Below, piece by piece: positions 37,101 to 50,156 of a DNA stretch of 64,000 nt. The translations under genes and the position numbers were made by a program. Numbering within the stretch: the stretch's first letter is position 1; each line of letters opens with the position of its first letter. The stretch comes from Balanoglossus misakiensis (lineage: Eukaryota; Animalia; Hemichordata): the NCBI GenBank assembly GCA_040954595.2, contig CM082582.2, positions 1,906,303-1,970,302 on the forward strand, read 5' to 3'. The notes under the pieces are model-generated. The model was not told the origin of the DNA, searched no databases, and saw only the letters and a program-made list of their open reading frames with translations.

Positions 37101-37811
37101 TGAATTCAAGTAAAGTTGTTCACATTGACTTCATAAATGATCTGTGTCCATTCTTGCATTCATGTCCATGTACATGATGTGTCTATAGACATATTGTGAT
37201 CAGACAAATTATTACAACTGTGGTATTCTATTTACAATGTACTGAATTCAAGTAAAGTTGTTCACATTGACTTCATAAATAATCTGTGTCCATTCTTGCA
37301 TTCATGTCCATGGACGTGATGTGTCTATAGACATATTGTGACCAGACAAATTATTACAACTGTGGTATTCTGTTTACAATGTACTGACTTCAAGTAAAGT
37401 TGTTCACATTGACTTCATAAATGATCTGTGTCCATTCTTGCATTCATGTTCATGGACGTGATGTGTCTATAGACATATTGTGATCAGACAAATTATTACA
37501 ACCGTGGTATTCTGTTTACAATGTACTGACTTCAAGTAAAGTTGTTCACATTGACTTCATAAATGATCTGTGTCCATTCTTGCATTCATGTTCATGTACG
37601 TGATGTGTCTATAGACATATTGTTATCAGACAAATTATTACAACTGTGGTATTCTGTTTACAATGTACTGACTTCAAGTAAAGTTGTTCACATTGACTTC
37701 ATAAATGATCTGTGTCCATTCTTGCATTCATGTCCATGTACGTGATGTGTCTATAGACATATTGTGACCAGACAAATTATTACAACTCTGGTATTCTGTT
37801 TACAATTTACT

Positions 37812-38185
37812 TAGTCTGGTTCCCTGCCCCAATCCCACCGCTGGCTGCGCTACGCTAAAGGGAAAGGGTCAGGCACGGCCCGATTTCACACCCAGAAACC
37901 TGGGTGTGAAACAAGATGGATGCCTCCAATGTCCGTATGCCAGTCAAGATTCATCCAGGCAGTTTATTTTGTTTCGTTTGTTGTAAAGTTGGAAATCGAA
38001 TGATAAACATTCATGGAGGTGAAGGAGAGAACGGGAAATGAGTATCTTACAACAACTTATCAATTTAACAACTTAATTTTCGTATGTATTGACCAATGAG
38101 AGCCATGTTTACAATAGGCCGTGCCTGACCCTTTCCCTTTAGCGTAGCGCAGCCAGCGGTGGGATTGGGGCAGGGAACCAGACTA
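37812..38185. mobile_element. 374-bp MITE with perfect 69-bp TIRs, TAG...CTA termini and 9-bp TSD (possibly AcademH-like non-autonomous element)
   Basis: 37812-37880 is the exact reverse complement of 38117-38185. caatttact is duplicated at 37803-37811 and 38186-38194. The empty site matches the satellite monomer. The superfamily assignment is tentative. Confidence 0.92.
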
Positions 38186-41100
38186 CAATTTACTGACTTC
38201 AAGTAAAGTTGTTCACATTGACTTCATAAATGATCTGTGTCCATTCTTGCATTCATGTCCATGTACGTGATGTGTCTATAGATATATTGTGATCAGACAA
38301 ATTATTGCAACTCTGGTATTCTGTTTACAATGTACTGACTTCAAGTAAAGTTGTTCACATTGACTTCATAAATGATCTGTGTCCATTCTTGCATTCATGT
38401 CCATGTACGTGATGTGTCGACAGACATATTGTGATCAGACAAATTATTACATCTCTAATATTCTGTTTACAATGTACTGACTTCAAGTAAAGATGTTCAC
38501 ATTGACTTCATAAATGATCTGTGTCCATTCTTGTATTCATGTTCATGTACGTGATGTGTCTATAGACATTTTGTGATCGGACAAATTATTGCAACTGTGG
38601 TATTCTGTTTACAATGTACTGACTTCAAGTAAAGTTGTTCACATTGACTTCATAAATGATCTGTGTCCATTCTTGCATTCATGTCCATGTACGTGATGTG
38701 TCTATAGACATATTGTGACCAGACAAATTATTGCAACTCTGGTATTCTGTTTAGAATGTACTGACTTCAAGTAAAGTTGTTCACATTGACTTCATAAATG
38801 ATCTGTGTCCATTCTTGCATTCATGTCCATGTACGTGATGTGTTGACAGACATATTGTGATCAGACAAATTATTACATCTCTAATATTCTGTTTACAATG
38901 TACTGACTTCAAGTAAAGATGTTCACATTGACTTCATAAATGATCTGTGTCCATTCTTGTATTCATGTTCATGTACGTGATGTGTCTATAGACATTTTGT
39001 GATCGGACAAATTATTACAACTCTTGCATTCTGTTTATAATTTACTGACTTCAGGTAAAGTTGTTCACATTGACTTTATAAATGATCTTTGTCCATTCTT
39101 GCATTCATGTCCATGTACGTGATGTGTCTATAGACATATTGTGACCAGACAAATTATTACAACTCTGGTATTCTGTTTACAATTTACTGACTTCAAGTAA
39201 AGTTGTTCACATTGACTTCATAAATGATCTGTGTCCATTCTTGCATTCATGTCCATGTACGTGATGTGTCTATATACATATTGTGATCAGACAAATTATT
39301 GCAACTCTGGTATTCTGTTTAGAATGTACTGACTTCAAGTAAAGTTGTTCACATTGACTTCATAAATGATCTGTGTTCATTCATGCATTCATGTCCATGG
39401 ACGTGATGTGTCTATAGACATATTGTGACCAGACAAATTATTACAACTGTGGTATTCTGTTTACAATGTACTGACTTCAAGTAAAGTTGTTCACATTGAC
39501 TTCATAAATGATCTGTGTCCATTCTTGCATTCATGTTCATGGACGTGATGTGTCTATAGACATATTGTGATCAGACAAATCATTACAACTGTGGTATTCT
39601 GTTTACAATGTACTGACTTCAAGTAAAGTTGTTCACATTGACTTCATAAATGATCTGTGTCCATTCTTGCATTCATGTCCATGTACGTGATGTGTCTATA
39701 GACATATTGTGATCAGACAAATTATTGCAACTCTGGTATTCTGTTTAGAATGTACTGACTTCAAGTAAAGTTGTTCACATTGACTTCATAAATGATCTGT
39801 GTCCATTCTTGCATTCATGTCCATGTACGTGATGTGTTGACAGACATATTGTGATCAGACAAATTATTACATCTCTAATATTCTGTTTACAATGTACTGA
39901 CTTCAAGTAAAGATGTTCACATTGACTTCATAAATGATCTGTGTCCATTCTTGTATTCATGTTCATGTACGTGATGTGTCTATAGACATATTGTGACCAG
40001 ACAAATTATTACAACTCTTGTATTCTGTTTACAATTTACTGACTTCAAGTAAAGTTGTTCACATTGACTTCTTAAATGATCTGTGTCCATTCTTGCATTC
40101 ATGTCCATGTACGTGATGTGTCTATATACATCTTGTGATCAGACAAATTATTGCAACTCTGGTATTCTGTTTAGAATGTACTGACTTCAAGTAAAGTTGT
40201 TCACATTGACTTCATAACTGATCTGTGTTTATTCATACATTCATGTCCATGGACGTGATGTGTCTATAGACATATTGTGACCAGACAAATTATTACAACT
40301 GTGGTATTCTGTTTACAATGTACTGACTTCAAGTAAAGTTGTTCACATTGACTTCATAAATGATCTGTGTCCATTCTTGCATTCATGTTCATGGACGTGA
40401 TGTGTCTATAGACATATTGTGATCAGACAAATCATTACAACTGTGGTATTCTGTTTACAATGTACTGACTTCAAGTAAAGTTGTTCACATTGACTTCATA
40501 AATGATCTGTGTCCATTCTTGCATTCATGTTCATGTACGTGATGTGTCTATAGACATATTGTTATCAGACAAATTATTACAACTGTGGTATTCTGTTTAC
40601 AATGTACTGACTTCAAGTAAAGTTGTTCACATTGACTTCATAAATGATCTGTGTCCATTCTTGCATTCATGTCCATGTACGTGATGTGTCTATAGACATT
40701 TTGTGACCAGACAAATTATTACAACTCTGGTATTCTGTTTACAATTTACTGACTTCAAGTAAAGTTGTTCACATTGACTTCATAAATGATCTGTGTCCAT
40801 TCTTGCATTCATGTCCATGTACGTGATGTGTCTATAGACATATTGTGATCAGACAAATTATTGCAACTCTGGTATTCTGTTTAGAATGTACTGACTTCAA
40901 GTAAAGTTGTTCACATTGACTTCATAAATGATCTGTGTCCATTCTTGCATTCATGTCCATGTACGTGATGTGTCGACAGACATATTGTGATCAGACAAAT
41001 TATTACATCTCTAATATTCTGTTTACAATGTACTGACTTCAAGTAAAGATGTTCACATTGACTTCATAAATGATCTGTGTCCATTCTTGTATTCATGTTC

Positions 41101-42762
41101 ATGTACGTGATGTGTCTATAGACATTTTGTGATCGGACAAATTATTGCAACTGTGGTATTCTGTTTACAATGTACTGACTTCAAGTAAAGTTGTTCACAT
41201 TGACTTCATAAATGATCTGTGTCCATTCTTGCATTCATGTCCATGTACGTGATGTGTCTATAGACATATTGTGATCAGACAAATTATTGCAACTCTGGTA
41301 TTCTGTTTAGAATGTACTGACTTCAAGTAAAGTTGTTCACATTGACTTCATAAATGATCTGTGTCCATTCCTGCATTCATGTCCATGGACCTGATGTGTC
41401 TATAGACATATTGTGATCAGACAAATTATTACAACTGTGGTATTCTGTTTACATTGTACTGACTTCAAGTAAAGTTGTTCACATTGACTTCATAAATGAT
41501 CTGTGTCCATTCTTGCATTCATGTCCATGTACATGATGTGTCTATAGACATATTGTGATCAGACAAATTAATGCAACTCTGGTATTCTGTTTAGAATGTA
41601 CTGACTTCAAGTAAAGTTGTTCACATTGACTTCATAAATGATCTGTGTCCATTCTTGCATTCATGTCCATGTACGTGATGTGTCGACAGACATATTGTGA
41701 TCAGACAAATTATTACATCTCTAATATTCTATTTACAATGTACTGACTTCAAGTAAAGATGTTCACATTGACTTCATAAATGATCTGTGTCCATTCTTGT
41801 ATTCATGTTCATGTACGTGATGTGTCTATAGACATTTTGTGATCGGACAAATTATTACAACTCTTGTATTCTGTTTATAATTTACTGACTTCAGGTAAAG
41901 TTGTTCACATTGACTTTATAAATGATCTTTGTCCATTCATGCATTCATGTCCATGGACGTGATGTGTGTATAGACATATTGTGATCTGACAAATTATTAC
42001 AACTCTGGTATTCTGTTTACAATTTACTGACCTCAAGTAAAGTTGTTCACATTGACTTCATAAATGATCTGTGTTCATTCATACATTCATGTCCATGGAC
42101 GTGATGTGTCTATAGACATATTGTGATCAGACAAATTATTACAACTGTGGTATTCTATTTACAATGTACTGAATTCAAGTAAAGTTGTTCACATTGACTT
42201 CATAAATGATCTGTGTCCATTCTTGCATTCATGTCCATGTACATGATGTGTCTATAGACATATTGTGATCAGACAAATTATTACAACTGTGGTATTCTAT
42301 TTACAATGTACTGAATTCAAGTAAAATTGTTCACATTGACTTCATAAATAATCTGTGTCCATTCTTGCATTCATGTCCATGGACCTGATGTGTCTATAGA
42401 CATATTGTGACCAGACAAATTATTACAACTGTGGTATTCTGTTTACAATGTACTGACTTCAATTAAAGTTGTTCACATTGACTTCATAAATGATCTGTGT
42501 CCATTCTTGCATTGATGATCATGGACGTGATGTGTCTATAGACATATTGTGATCAGACAAATTATTACAACTGTGGTATTCTGTTTACAATGTACTGACT
42601 TCAAGTAAAGTTGTTCACAATGACTTCATAAATGATCTGTGTCCATTCTTGCATTCATGTCCATGTACATGGTGTGTCTATAGACATATTGTGATCAGAA
42701 ACATTATTACAACTGTGGTATTCTATTTACAATGTACTGAATTCAAGTAAAGTTGTTCATAT

Positions 42763-43785
42763 TTTAAGTCATACCTTTCCAATCGTAGTCAGTGTGTACT
42801 TGTAAATTCCACCCAATCACCTTTTTATCCGCTCGACACTGGGGTACCACAGGGATCAGTTCTTGGTCCCATACTTTTCAATATGTACACGTCTCCATTA
42901 GGTGAATTAGTTCAAAGTCATGGTTGTCTTTATAGTTTTTATGCAGATGACTCTTCACTTTATATGTCTTTTAGTAAAGACAACGCAGCAAGAACTGTTT
43001 CAAATCTTGAACTTTGTATTTCTGATGTTAGGTTTTGGATGTCTGAAAACTTCTTGTGCTTAAACGATGATAAGACTGAATTTGTTATTTTCTCTGGTAT
43101 TTTGGGTGATCTGTCTGCTAGAGGGATTTCAGAAATTCGTGTTGGCGATTCTCTGATTCCCGTCCATTGTCAGGCTAAGAGCCTTGGAGTGATCCTTGAC
43201 TCTTGTCTGACAATGAAGCCACATATTGGACAGATCTGCCGCTCTGCCACTTTTCATTTACGTCGCATTGCGCTTATCCGCAAATATTTATCTCATTCAG
43301 CTACAGAGCAATTAGTTCATGCATTCATTACGTCTCGAATTGATTCATGTAATTCACTTTTATTTGGGCTCCCGAAGTATTCAATCAACCGTATCCAACG
43401 CGTTCAGAATATTGCTGCTAGAATTGTAACTCGTTCTAAAATCACCTGTCACATCACTCCAATTTTGTATCAGTTGCACTGGCTACCTGTTACAGAGCGT
43501 ATTGTTTTTAAGATGTTAGTTCTCATTTTTAAATCCATTCATAAACTTGGTCCAATCTATCTTTCTAGCATGACTAATCTATATGTTCCATGTCGCAATT
43601 TAAGGTCAGCTGATCAGTTCAAACTCTGCCCTGTTCGATCACGCACCAAGAGTTATGGTGATCGCGCTTTTACTGTTGCTGCTCCAATTCTTTGGAATAA
43701 TCTTCCACTCACCATTCGCCAGGCACCAGACTTATCTGTTTTTAAATCAAATGTTAAAACTTTACTTTTTAAATCTGTTTTTTAG
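42763..43785 (+). pseudogene. Truncated LINE ORF2 reverse transcriptase (open frame, no 5' end)
   Basis: FKSYLSNRSQ, GVPQGSVLGPILF, FYADD, LNDDKTE, LHWLPV..RIVFK and YGDRAF..AAP.LWN.LP. Confidence 0.93.
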
Positions 43786-43885
43786 CCATTTGTTGTATTG
43801 TACTTTTGCTTTAAGCGTCATTGATCACATTTTTTTGTGGATACTGACGCTATACAAATAAATTATTATTATTATTATTATTATT
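42764..43885 (+). mobile_element. 5'-truncated L2-clade LINE with (ATT)8 tail and apparent 5-bp TSD atatt
   Basis: Carries the RT C-terminal half, a 3' stem-loop agcgtca...tgacgct (43814-43851) and an ATT tail (43862-43885). atatt occurs at 42759-42763 and 43886-43890. Confidence 0.92.
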
Positions 43886-45186
43886 ATATTGACTTCATAA
43901 ATGATCTGTGTCCATTCTTGCATTCATGTCAATTTACATGATGTGTCTATAGACATATTGTGATCTGACAAATTATTACAACTCTGGTATTCTGTTTACA
44001 ATTTACTGACTTCAAGTAAAGTTTTTCACATTGACTTCATAAATGATCTGTGTCCATTCCTGCATTCATGTCCATGTACATGATGTGTCGATAGACATAT
44101 TGTGAGCAGGCAAATTATTGCAACTCTGGTATTCTGTTTACAATGTACTGACTTCAAGTAAAGTTGTTCACATTGACTTCATAAATGATCTGTGTCCATT
44201 CTTGCATTCATTTCCATGTACGTGATGTGTCTATAGACATATTGTGATCAGACAAATTATTACAACTCTGGTATTCTGTTTACAATGTACTGACTTCAAG
44301 TAAAGTTGTTCACATTGACTTCATAAATGATCTGTGTCCATTCTTGCATTCATGTCCATGTACATGATGTGTCTATAGACATATTGTGTTCAGACAAATT
44401 ATTACAACTCTGGTATTCTTTTTACAATGTACTGACTTCAAGTAAAGTTGTTCACATTGACTTCATAAATGATCTGTGTCCATTCTTGCATTCATGTCCA
44501 TGTACGTGATGTGTCTATAGACATATTGTGATCAGACAAATTATTACAACTCTGGTCTTCTGTTTACAATGTACTGACTTCAAGTAAAGTTCTTCACATT
44601 GACTTCATAAATGATCTGTGTCCATTATTGCATTCATGTCCATGTACGTGATGTGCCTAGAGACATATTGTGATCAGACAAATTATTACATCTCTGGTAT
44701 TCTGTTTCCATGTACTAACTTCAAGTAAAGTTGTTCACATTGACTTCATAAATGATCTGTGTCCATTCTTGCATTCATGTCCATGGACGTGATGTGTCTA
44801 TAGACATATTGTGATCAGACAAATTATTACAACTCTGGTATTCTGTTTACAATTTACTGACTTCAAGTAAAAGTTGTTCACATTGACTTCATAAATGATC
44901 TGTGTCCATTCTTGCATTCATGTCCATGTACGTGATGTGTCCATAGACATATTGTGACTGGTTCCTTTATTAGGTCATTGAACTCATTTAGTTTCTGGTT
45001 GAATAATAAAATCATTAAAAATGTTTATTATAAAATATATTACAGTTAAGAGTGACACCACATTAAGTAACAAGTTTTATATCACACTGATATTAATGGA
45101 CACTTTTTATTCAAAATGAATAAGAATTAGCACATTTCATGTTGCATATTATAAAAAATTCATCGTAATATAAAAAGTACACTCAC

Positions 45187-45252
45187 TTGAATGTAATCCA
45201 ACAGCACCTCCTTACGAGGCTCTTCAGCGACATCAAGTGGTGTCTTTCCAGT
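45187..45252 (-). CDS. Isolated putative exon encoding an ankyrin-repeat end (TGKTPLDVAEEPRKEVLLDYIQ)
   Basis: 66 nt, phase 0-0, bounded by ttag| and |gtgagt. GKTPLDVA matches the ankyrin G-x-TPL-x-x-A motif. No partner exons were identified. Confidence 0.5.
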
Positions 45253-45584
45253 CTAATTATTTCAGATAACAAGAATTGACACATTATGATGTTAATATTT
45301 ATAAAAGTAGTAATAATGTAAGAGATAACCATAATTCAAAAATCATTAAATTCTAATGTAATTTTAAAGTTTTGTTTTAAATTTTTCATGAAAAAAATAA
45401 CCATATCAAGTGACATGTTTAATAGTGAACAACACCTGAATTTCACAAAATCAACAATCATCTAAAGAAAATAAACACTGATTCCTCTTTTCCATCACAC
45501 TACATCAAAAACTCATACCAAAAGTATAGTATTATTTAAACCACAAATAAGAAAAATCTCCTTATTATGAATTGTCAGATTATT

Positions 45585-45946
45585 AGGTGACAGACAAGAG
45601 TTGGCAGATGCTGGAGGCCGGGAGAAAATCATCATATCTCATACGCTCCACATCGCTGAAAGTAGAGATAGAAAGTCTCAAAGATAGGATTGGTATCGAC
45701 CGTCATGAGTCAACACCTGCCAGTACAACACCTGACCCGATAGAGGGAGTAGTTTTGATTCAAGGGACAAAGACAAATTATATGGCACCTCCTTATGATC
45801 AATTGCATTAGGGGTGACAGATAGGAGTTGGCAGATGCTGGAGGCCGACAGACAATCGCCCTATCTGATACTCTCCACATCGCTGAAAGTGGAGATAGAA
45901 AGTTTCAAAGATAGGATTGGCATCGACCGTCATCAGTCAACACCTG
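45585..45946. repeat. Diverged 227-bp-period duplication (about 135-bp shared block)
   Basis: ggtgacaga...gagttggcagatgctggaggccg...gtcaacacctg occurs at about 45585-45719 and about 45812-45946. Confidence 0.85.
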
Positions 45947-45982
45947 TGCACTTAAGCATTTTATGTCTTACTTCTATTGCAG

Positions 45983-46390
45983 GGACCCTCATCAAGACAT
46001 GAAGAAAGTCTTCTATCATGCATGGTATGCCTTGATACTGTTAAGTTCCCAGTCTACTCGTGTCAGGTCCAATGCAACAAAATCATTGGGTGTATGAAAT
46101 GCATTCTACAACTTAACCGCTGTCCTAATTGCCGTGCATCAATTCCTGATGATCCACAACCCCTCAGAGGTCTTGAAAGTATGGATATGCTGTATGACCA
46201 TAGTACAGATGAAGAAATTGCTCAAGCCCTGGCAAACCGTGAACGGTGTAATGTTCATTCTGAGTCAGAAGAAAATGAAGTGGTTAATTTAAATGATTCC
46301 GATGATTCTGATTTTATGGTTGTTCCTCCTCGTCCAACCCCAAGACACCAAGTTCAAGCCAGCCTTAGCAATTCGCACACTACATTCTGA
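45983..46390 (+). CDS. RING-finger-encoding terminal exon, possibly transposon cargo
   Basis: CMVC...C.VQC...IGCMKC...CPNCR follows an acceptor ttctattgcag; acidic tail; stop at 46390. Confidence 0.6.
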   Translation, partial: GPSSRHEESLLSCMVCLDTVKFPVYSCQVQCNKIIGCMKCILQLNRCPNCRASIPDDPQPLRGLESMDMLYDHSTDEEIAQALANRERCNVHSESEENEVVNLNDSDDSDFMVVPPRPTPRHQVQASLSNSHTTF

Positions 46391-48646
46391 AGTAAACATT
46401 GATAATTTTTTGCCATCTGTTGTAAAATTTTACTACAAAATCTCTTCAATTAAACTTTGAAAGTTTCTCATATTTAGGATAGTAGAAGATTGTCATCTTA
46501 TTTTTTATTGGCCAGTGTTATAGTTTTATTTGTTTGCTTGACATTATTTGCATGGATGTGCCACAATTGCAAAGCAAGAGACATTGTTGATATTGTCATT
46601 TCAACATCACTAAATTGTACTAAGCCAAGCTGATCATGGCAGATATTGGTGCTGATAATCTGAACATTGAATAGTACACAGTTCAAAGTTTTCATTTAAT
46701 CTTAGAATGTTTTATCTAGAGTAATAACAGCATCAAAGCTGAGAACAGGTAAACAGTGTGAAAGTCACTCACACTCTAGTTTAAGTAACAAATTTGGATC
46801 ACAGCTACAAGCTAATTGATGAATTCACAACTGATCAGTGAAGGTAACAAAGTCATCACAAAGAATGTGATCATTTAGAGAAATTCACTGTAGGTTAGAA
46901 ATTATCGCAAAATAAGTGATTACCTGTAAAATGCTTTGCAATGTGTTTCAACAAGAAAGATTATTGAGGCAAGTCATCTCAAACGTATCATGTGCCTTCA
47001 ATGGCAGGGTTTTGATGAGATTGTAATTAAAGGGGATACACTTAGAACATCCAGAGCTTTTAAATTTTCAAAAAGATGAGCCAGAGATGTATGGATATGA
47101 TGTGACAGCAAGAAATTCAATTTAGATGCCACATTTTGGTTTTTGTCTTGTGGCGTCCACAAAGTTTTCCACATTTGACAAAAAAGTGCAAAAATTGAAA
47201 ATGATTATACTATATGAAAACTGGCCGTTAACCTCATTTCAAATGTTCCTTCTTTTTAAAAGATGCAAGTTAGTTCATTGGTTTTCTTACATTTTTTTAA
47301 TAGATTAGTGTTGAAAGGGGTGTTGTTTGACTTCCAGATGTTTAATATAACAGGTGTTATAGAAGTTGAGAAAAATAATGTTCATTCATGCTCAATAAAT
47401 TTACAAGATCGAGGCCAGGTAAATTTTAGAGGCCTAACCTATGACAAATTATTCTGAATGATTAATCATTTCTTCATTATGTCAGGTCGCCAAAGTGAAA
47501 ATTTAGCCCATGAATGAGGTAGCTTAAGATACAAAGGAAACATTCTATGTATTGTAATTGCTGATTGATAGAAATAAAAGTTTTGTTATGTACTTTAAAT
47601 ATGTGTATATATCATTTATTTGTCCTGATGATTGTAAAGAAATGTGGTTTTCAACCACAACCTAATTCAAATGTCATATCACATATTAAGGATCCAAGAC
47701 AAGAAACAGACCTAGTCAAAATAAGAGTTCTTTAACAAATACCAAAATATGAACTCCCATGAACTATACACTGTTGGAAAGCCCAGATATGTTGCAGTCT
47801 GTCTGTCTGTCATGTCTGTCAATTTCGAAGACAAACTTTGTTACTTAAGAATCCTACTGCCAAATTACATACAACTGAAAACTTTTACATCGGATTAGAG
47901 TAGTTCGTGTGGCTAGTAAATAAATTATTTGCATAAATGAATACAAATCATTTGGCTAAATCTCAACTCAACTTAAGTTTAATGCTCATAGGTTGTTCAG
48001 CCTGTTGCATTTCATGGGAAGAATATAGTGGGTGAGACTTGTTAGTTTTCATTTGCATATTAAACAGTGATTAAGGTATATTTAAAACATAGAACAAATT
48101 TTACTTCAGTCAGCATATGGTAATACATGTACCAAGATAAACGAAGTAATTAAGGTAGTTTGCTGTAAGGGGCGCTATTAGGTAGGGAGATAATATTACA
48201 CGACATTTTTTTTTAAACATCAATGATTTTGTTTGTCAAATTTACACCAATTTGAGTGAGTGTGAAAAGAACGATAAAAAAACAGTACAGGTTTTGTTGA
48301 AATGTTAGTTTAATAAAGGTTCATAAAACAAAATCTGACAGTTTAACATTATAGGATATAAAGAAATGACATCACTATTTCAAAGTATTGACATATTTTG
48401 TGAAAATCAAACCTAAGAATGTAAACCAAATGAGTCAGTGGAATGAACACGCTGATGTAACGGCTGCCCTGATGGCAAGTTATCTGCCAGTAGCTTTTCT
48501 ATTTGGTGAATAGACCAGTAAGAACAGTAAGAAAAAAAAACATTACATATTGATACCAATAAGCTATATTGAGAGTACAGTTTGCCCAAGTTTTTCATGA
48601 GCTTTCCCTTCGACTTTTTTATCAGATTAGTACTTTGAATTAAAAG

Positions 48647-50156
48647 TTAAGCGATTAACTCTCTTTGGGTTGTTTCAATAAAAGAAAGAACTGCCTGTTC
48701 AAAGAGTCTGTTATTTCCATAAACAAGTTCACTAAAATGAGCTCAAAGGATGGATTATGTTTTTAAATTGTCGTTCACGAGATAAGATTTTTTGTTCATC
48801 ATCACGGAGGGAATCAATACCAAAATATCCTTCGCGTGAGAGACGGCCTCCATCCTCTTCATACAGTCGGACTACCATTTCAACAGAAGGAATCAGATCT
48901 TCAGGCTAAAGTGCAGTTTGATCATTTGATGTCGCCAACAATGCAGGCACTCGAGATTGGTATAGAAATATCCGCACATAAAAAATATAAATCATACATG
49001 CTGCAATGGTAATTATTAAACGCAAATAAGTGTCAAGATTGTTTTTGTCAATAATTTGTTATTGCATATCAGCAGCCAGGCGTATATGAGTTCAATTATC
49101 CCTCACCACTTGTGAACGGCTACCACTTTTCATTACCGGGAATGTTGTTCATGTATTTACAAGTACGAAGACAGGATATGACCCCTGGGTCAAAGGTCGT
49201 TTAAGTGGTGACGCTAATCATGGTAACCTCTACGGATGCCCAGTAACGGAACAAGAGGCCAAATATAAAAAACTGAAATAGCATCTATACAAGCGCCTGT
49301 GGTCTATACATACCTTCTAGAGGATGGTTATTCCATGCCTGCACCATTCGAGTCATTCCGATCGATGCTACGCTACATGCGATGAACGATACGCAGAATT
49401 TGGTGGCGTCATCATACATATTAATCATCATTTGGTGCTGCATATTTATCAACGCCGTCTTAATTGTATAGTTAAAACGCTGGTTGACTTCGGTCCACTG
49501 TCTTTCTACTCGCAGGTTTTCTCGGGAGTGACTTCGAATGACCGGTGGGCAGGCCCGGAATGTTCTGTTTTCCCTAAGTAACGATTGAACAAAATTGACG
49601 AGGCAAAATTCTTTACCATGATCCAATCGTAATACATCCCACAAGCCATATCCCAGTTAAATATTACGATAGATTTTGTATATTGCGATTGGATTTTTAA
49701 CCGGCATAGCCACATGTCCAACTATTTTCCGGCTGTAGCCGTCAATAAATATGATGTGTGTTACACCGAACATCACCAGCTTTTCATTCTGGTCGACATG
49801 TAGCTTGTTTCCGTAATACGAGGCGTGGTAGGGTATCGGATTGGTTTGCCGTACCAGATCCTGTCTGCGACTTTCATGGTAGTCTGGTGCGATTCTCTTT
49901 AGGCTCTCTCCAAGTCTCCGGCGTCCTACATAAATACCCTTCGATGCCAAATACCCCTTCATAGTTTTTAAACCGTATGCCGGCCCTACATCATGAACAG
50001 CATCCGTTACAACCCGATCCAAATCCTGACCTTGAAGGCGTTTGATATCATGTTGGAGACAGTATCGTCTTACACTTGGTTCAGATATACCATTCATTCA
50101 AACCTTTTGGAGATGAACACTTATTTCACGATGATATTTTATAAACCATCTGACAT
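48647..50156 (-). pseudogene. Decayed integrase-core (rve-like) DDE transposase, probably IS3EU-related, two exons
   Basis: Motifs GPAYGLKTMKGYL, YYGNKLHVDQNEKLVMFGVTH..FIDGYSRKIV, WDVLRLDHGKEF, NLRVERQW.EVN.R and AWNNHP. There is a frameshift near 49670 and a donor at 49313. The second exon (about 48965-48647; GGRLSREGYFGID...FEQAVLSFIETT) has an in-frame stop and frameshifts. Confidence 0.82.

Larger units (their letters stand above)
31195..44958 (-). repeat. 142-bp satellite array in inverted orientation (interrupted by a MITE and an L2 LINE)
   Basis: Reverse complement of the monomer in 1-17299 (e.g. catgtacatgatgtgtctatagac). It ends at ...catattgtgac, about 44958. Confidence 0.98.

Noticed and set aside
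35-44509. Many 60-aa ORFs MICVHSCIHVHV... on both strands
   Set aside because: They are chance read-through of the 142-bp monomer (not a multiple of 3) wherever a TGA is mutated, and their strand simply follows satellite orientation.
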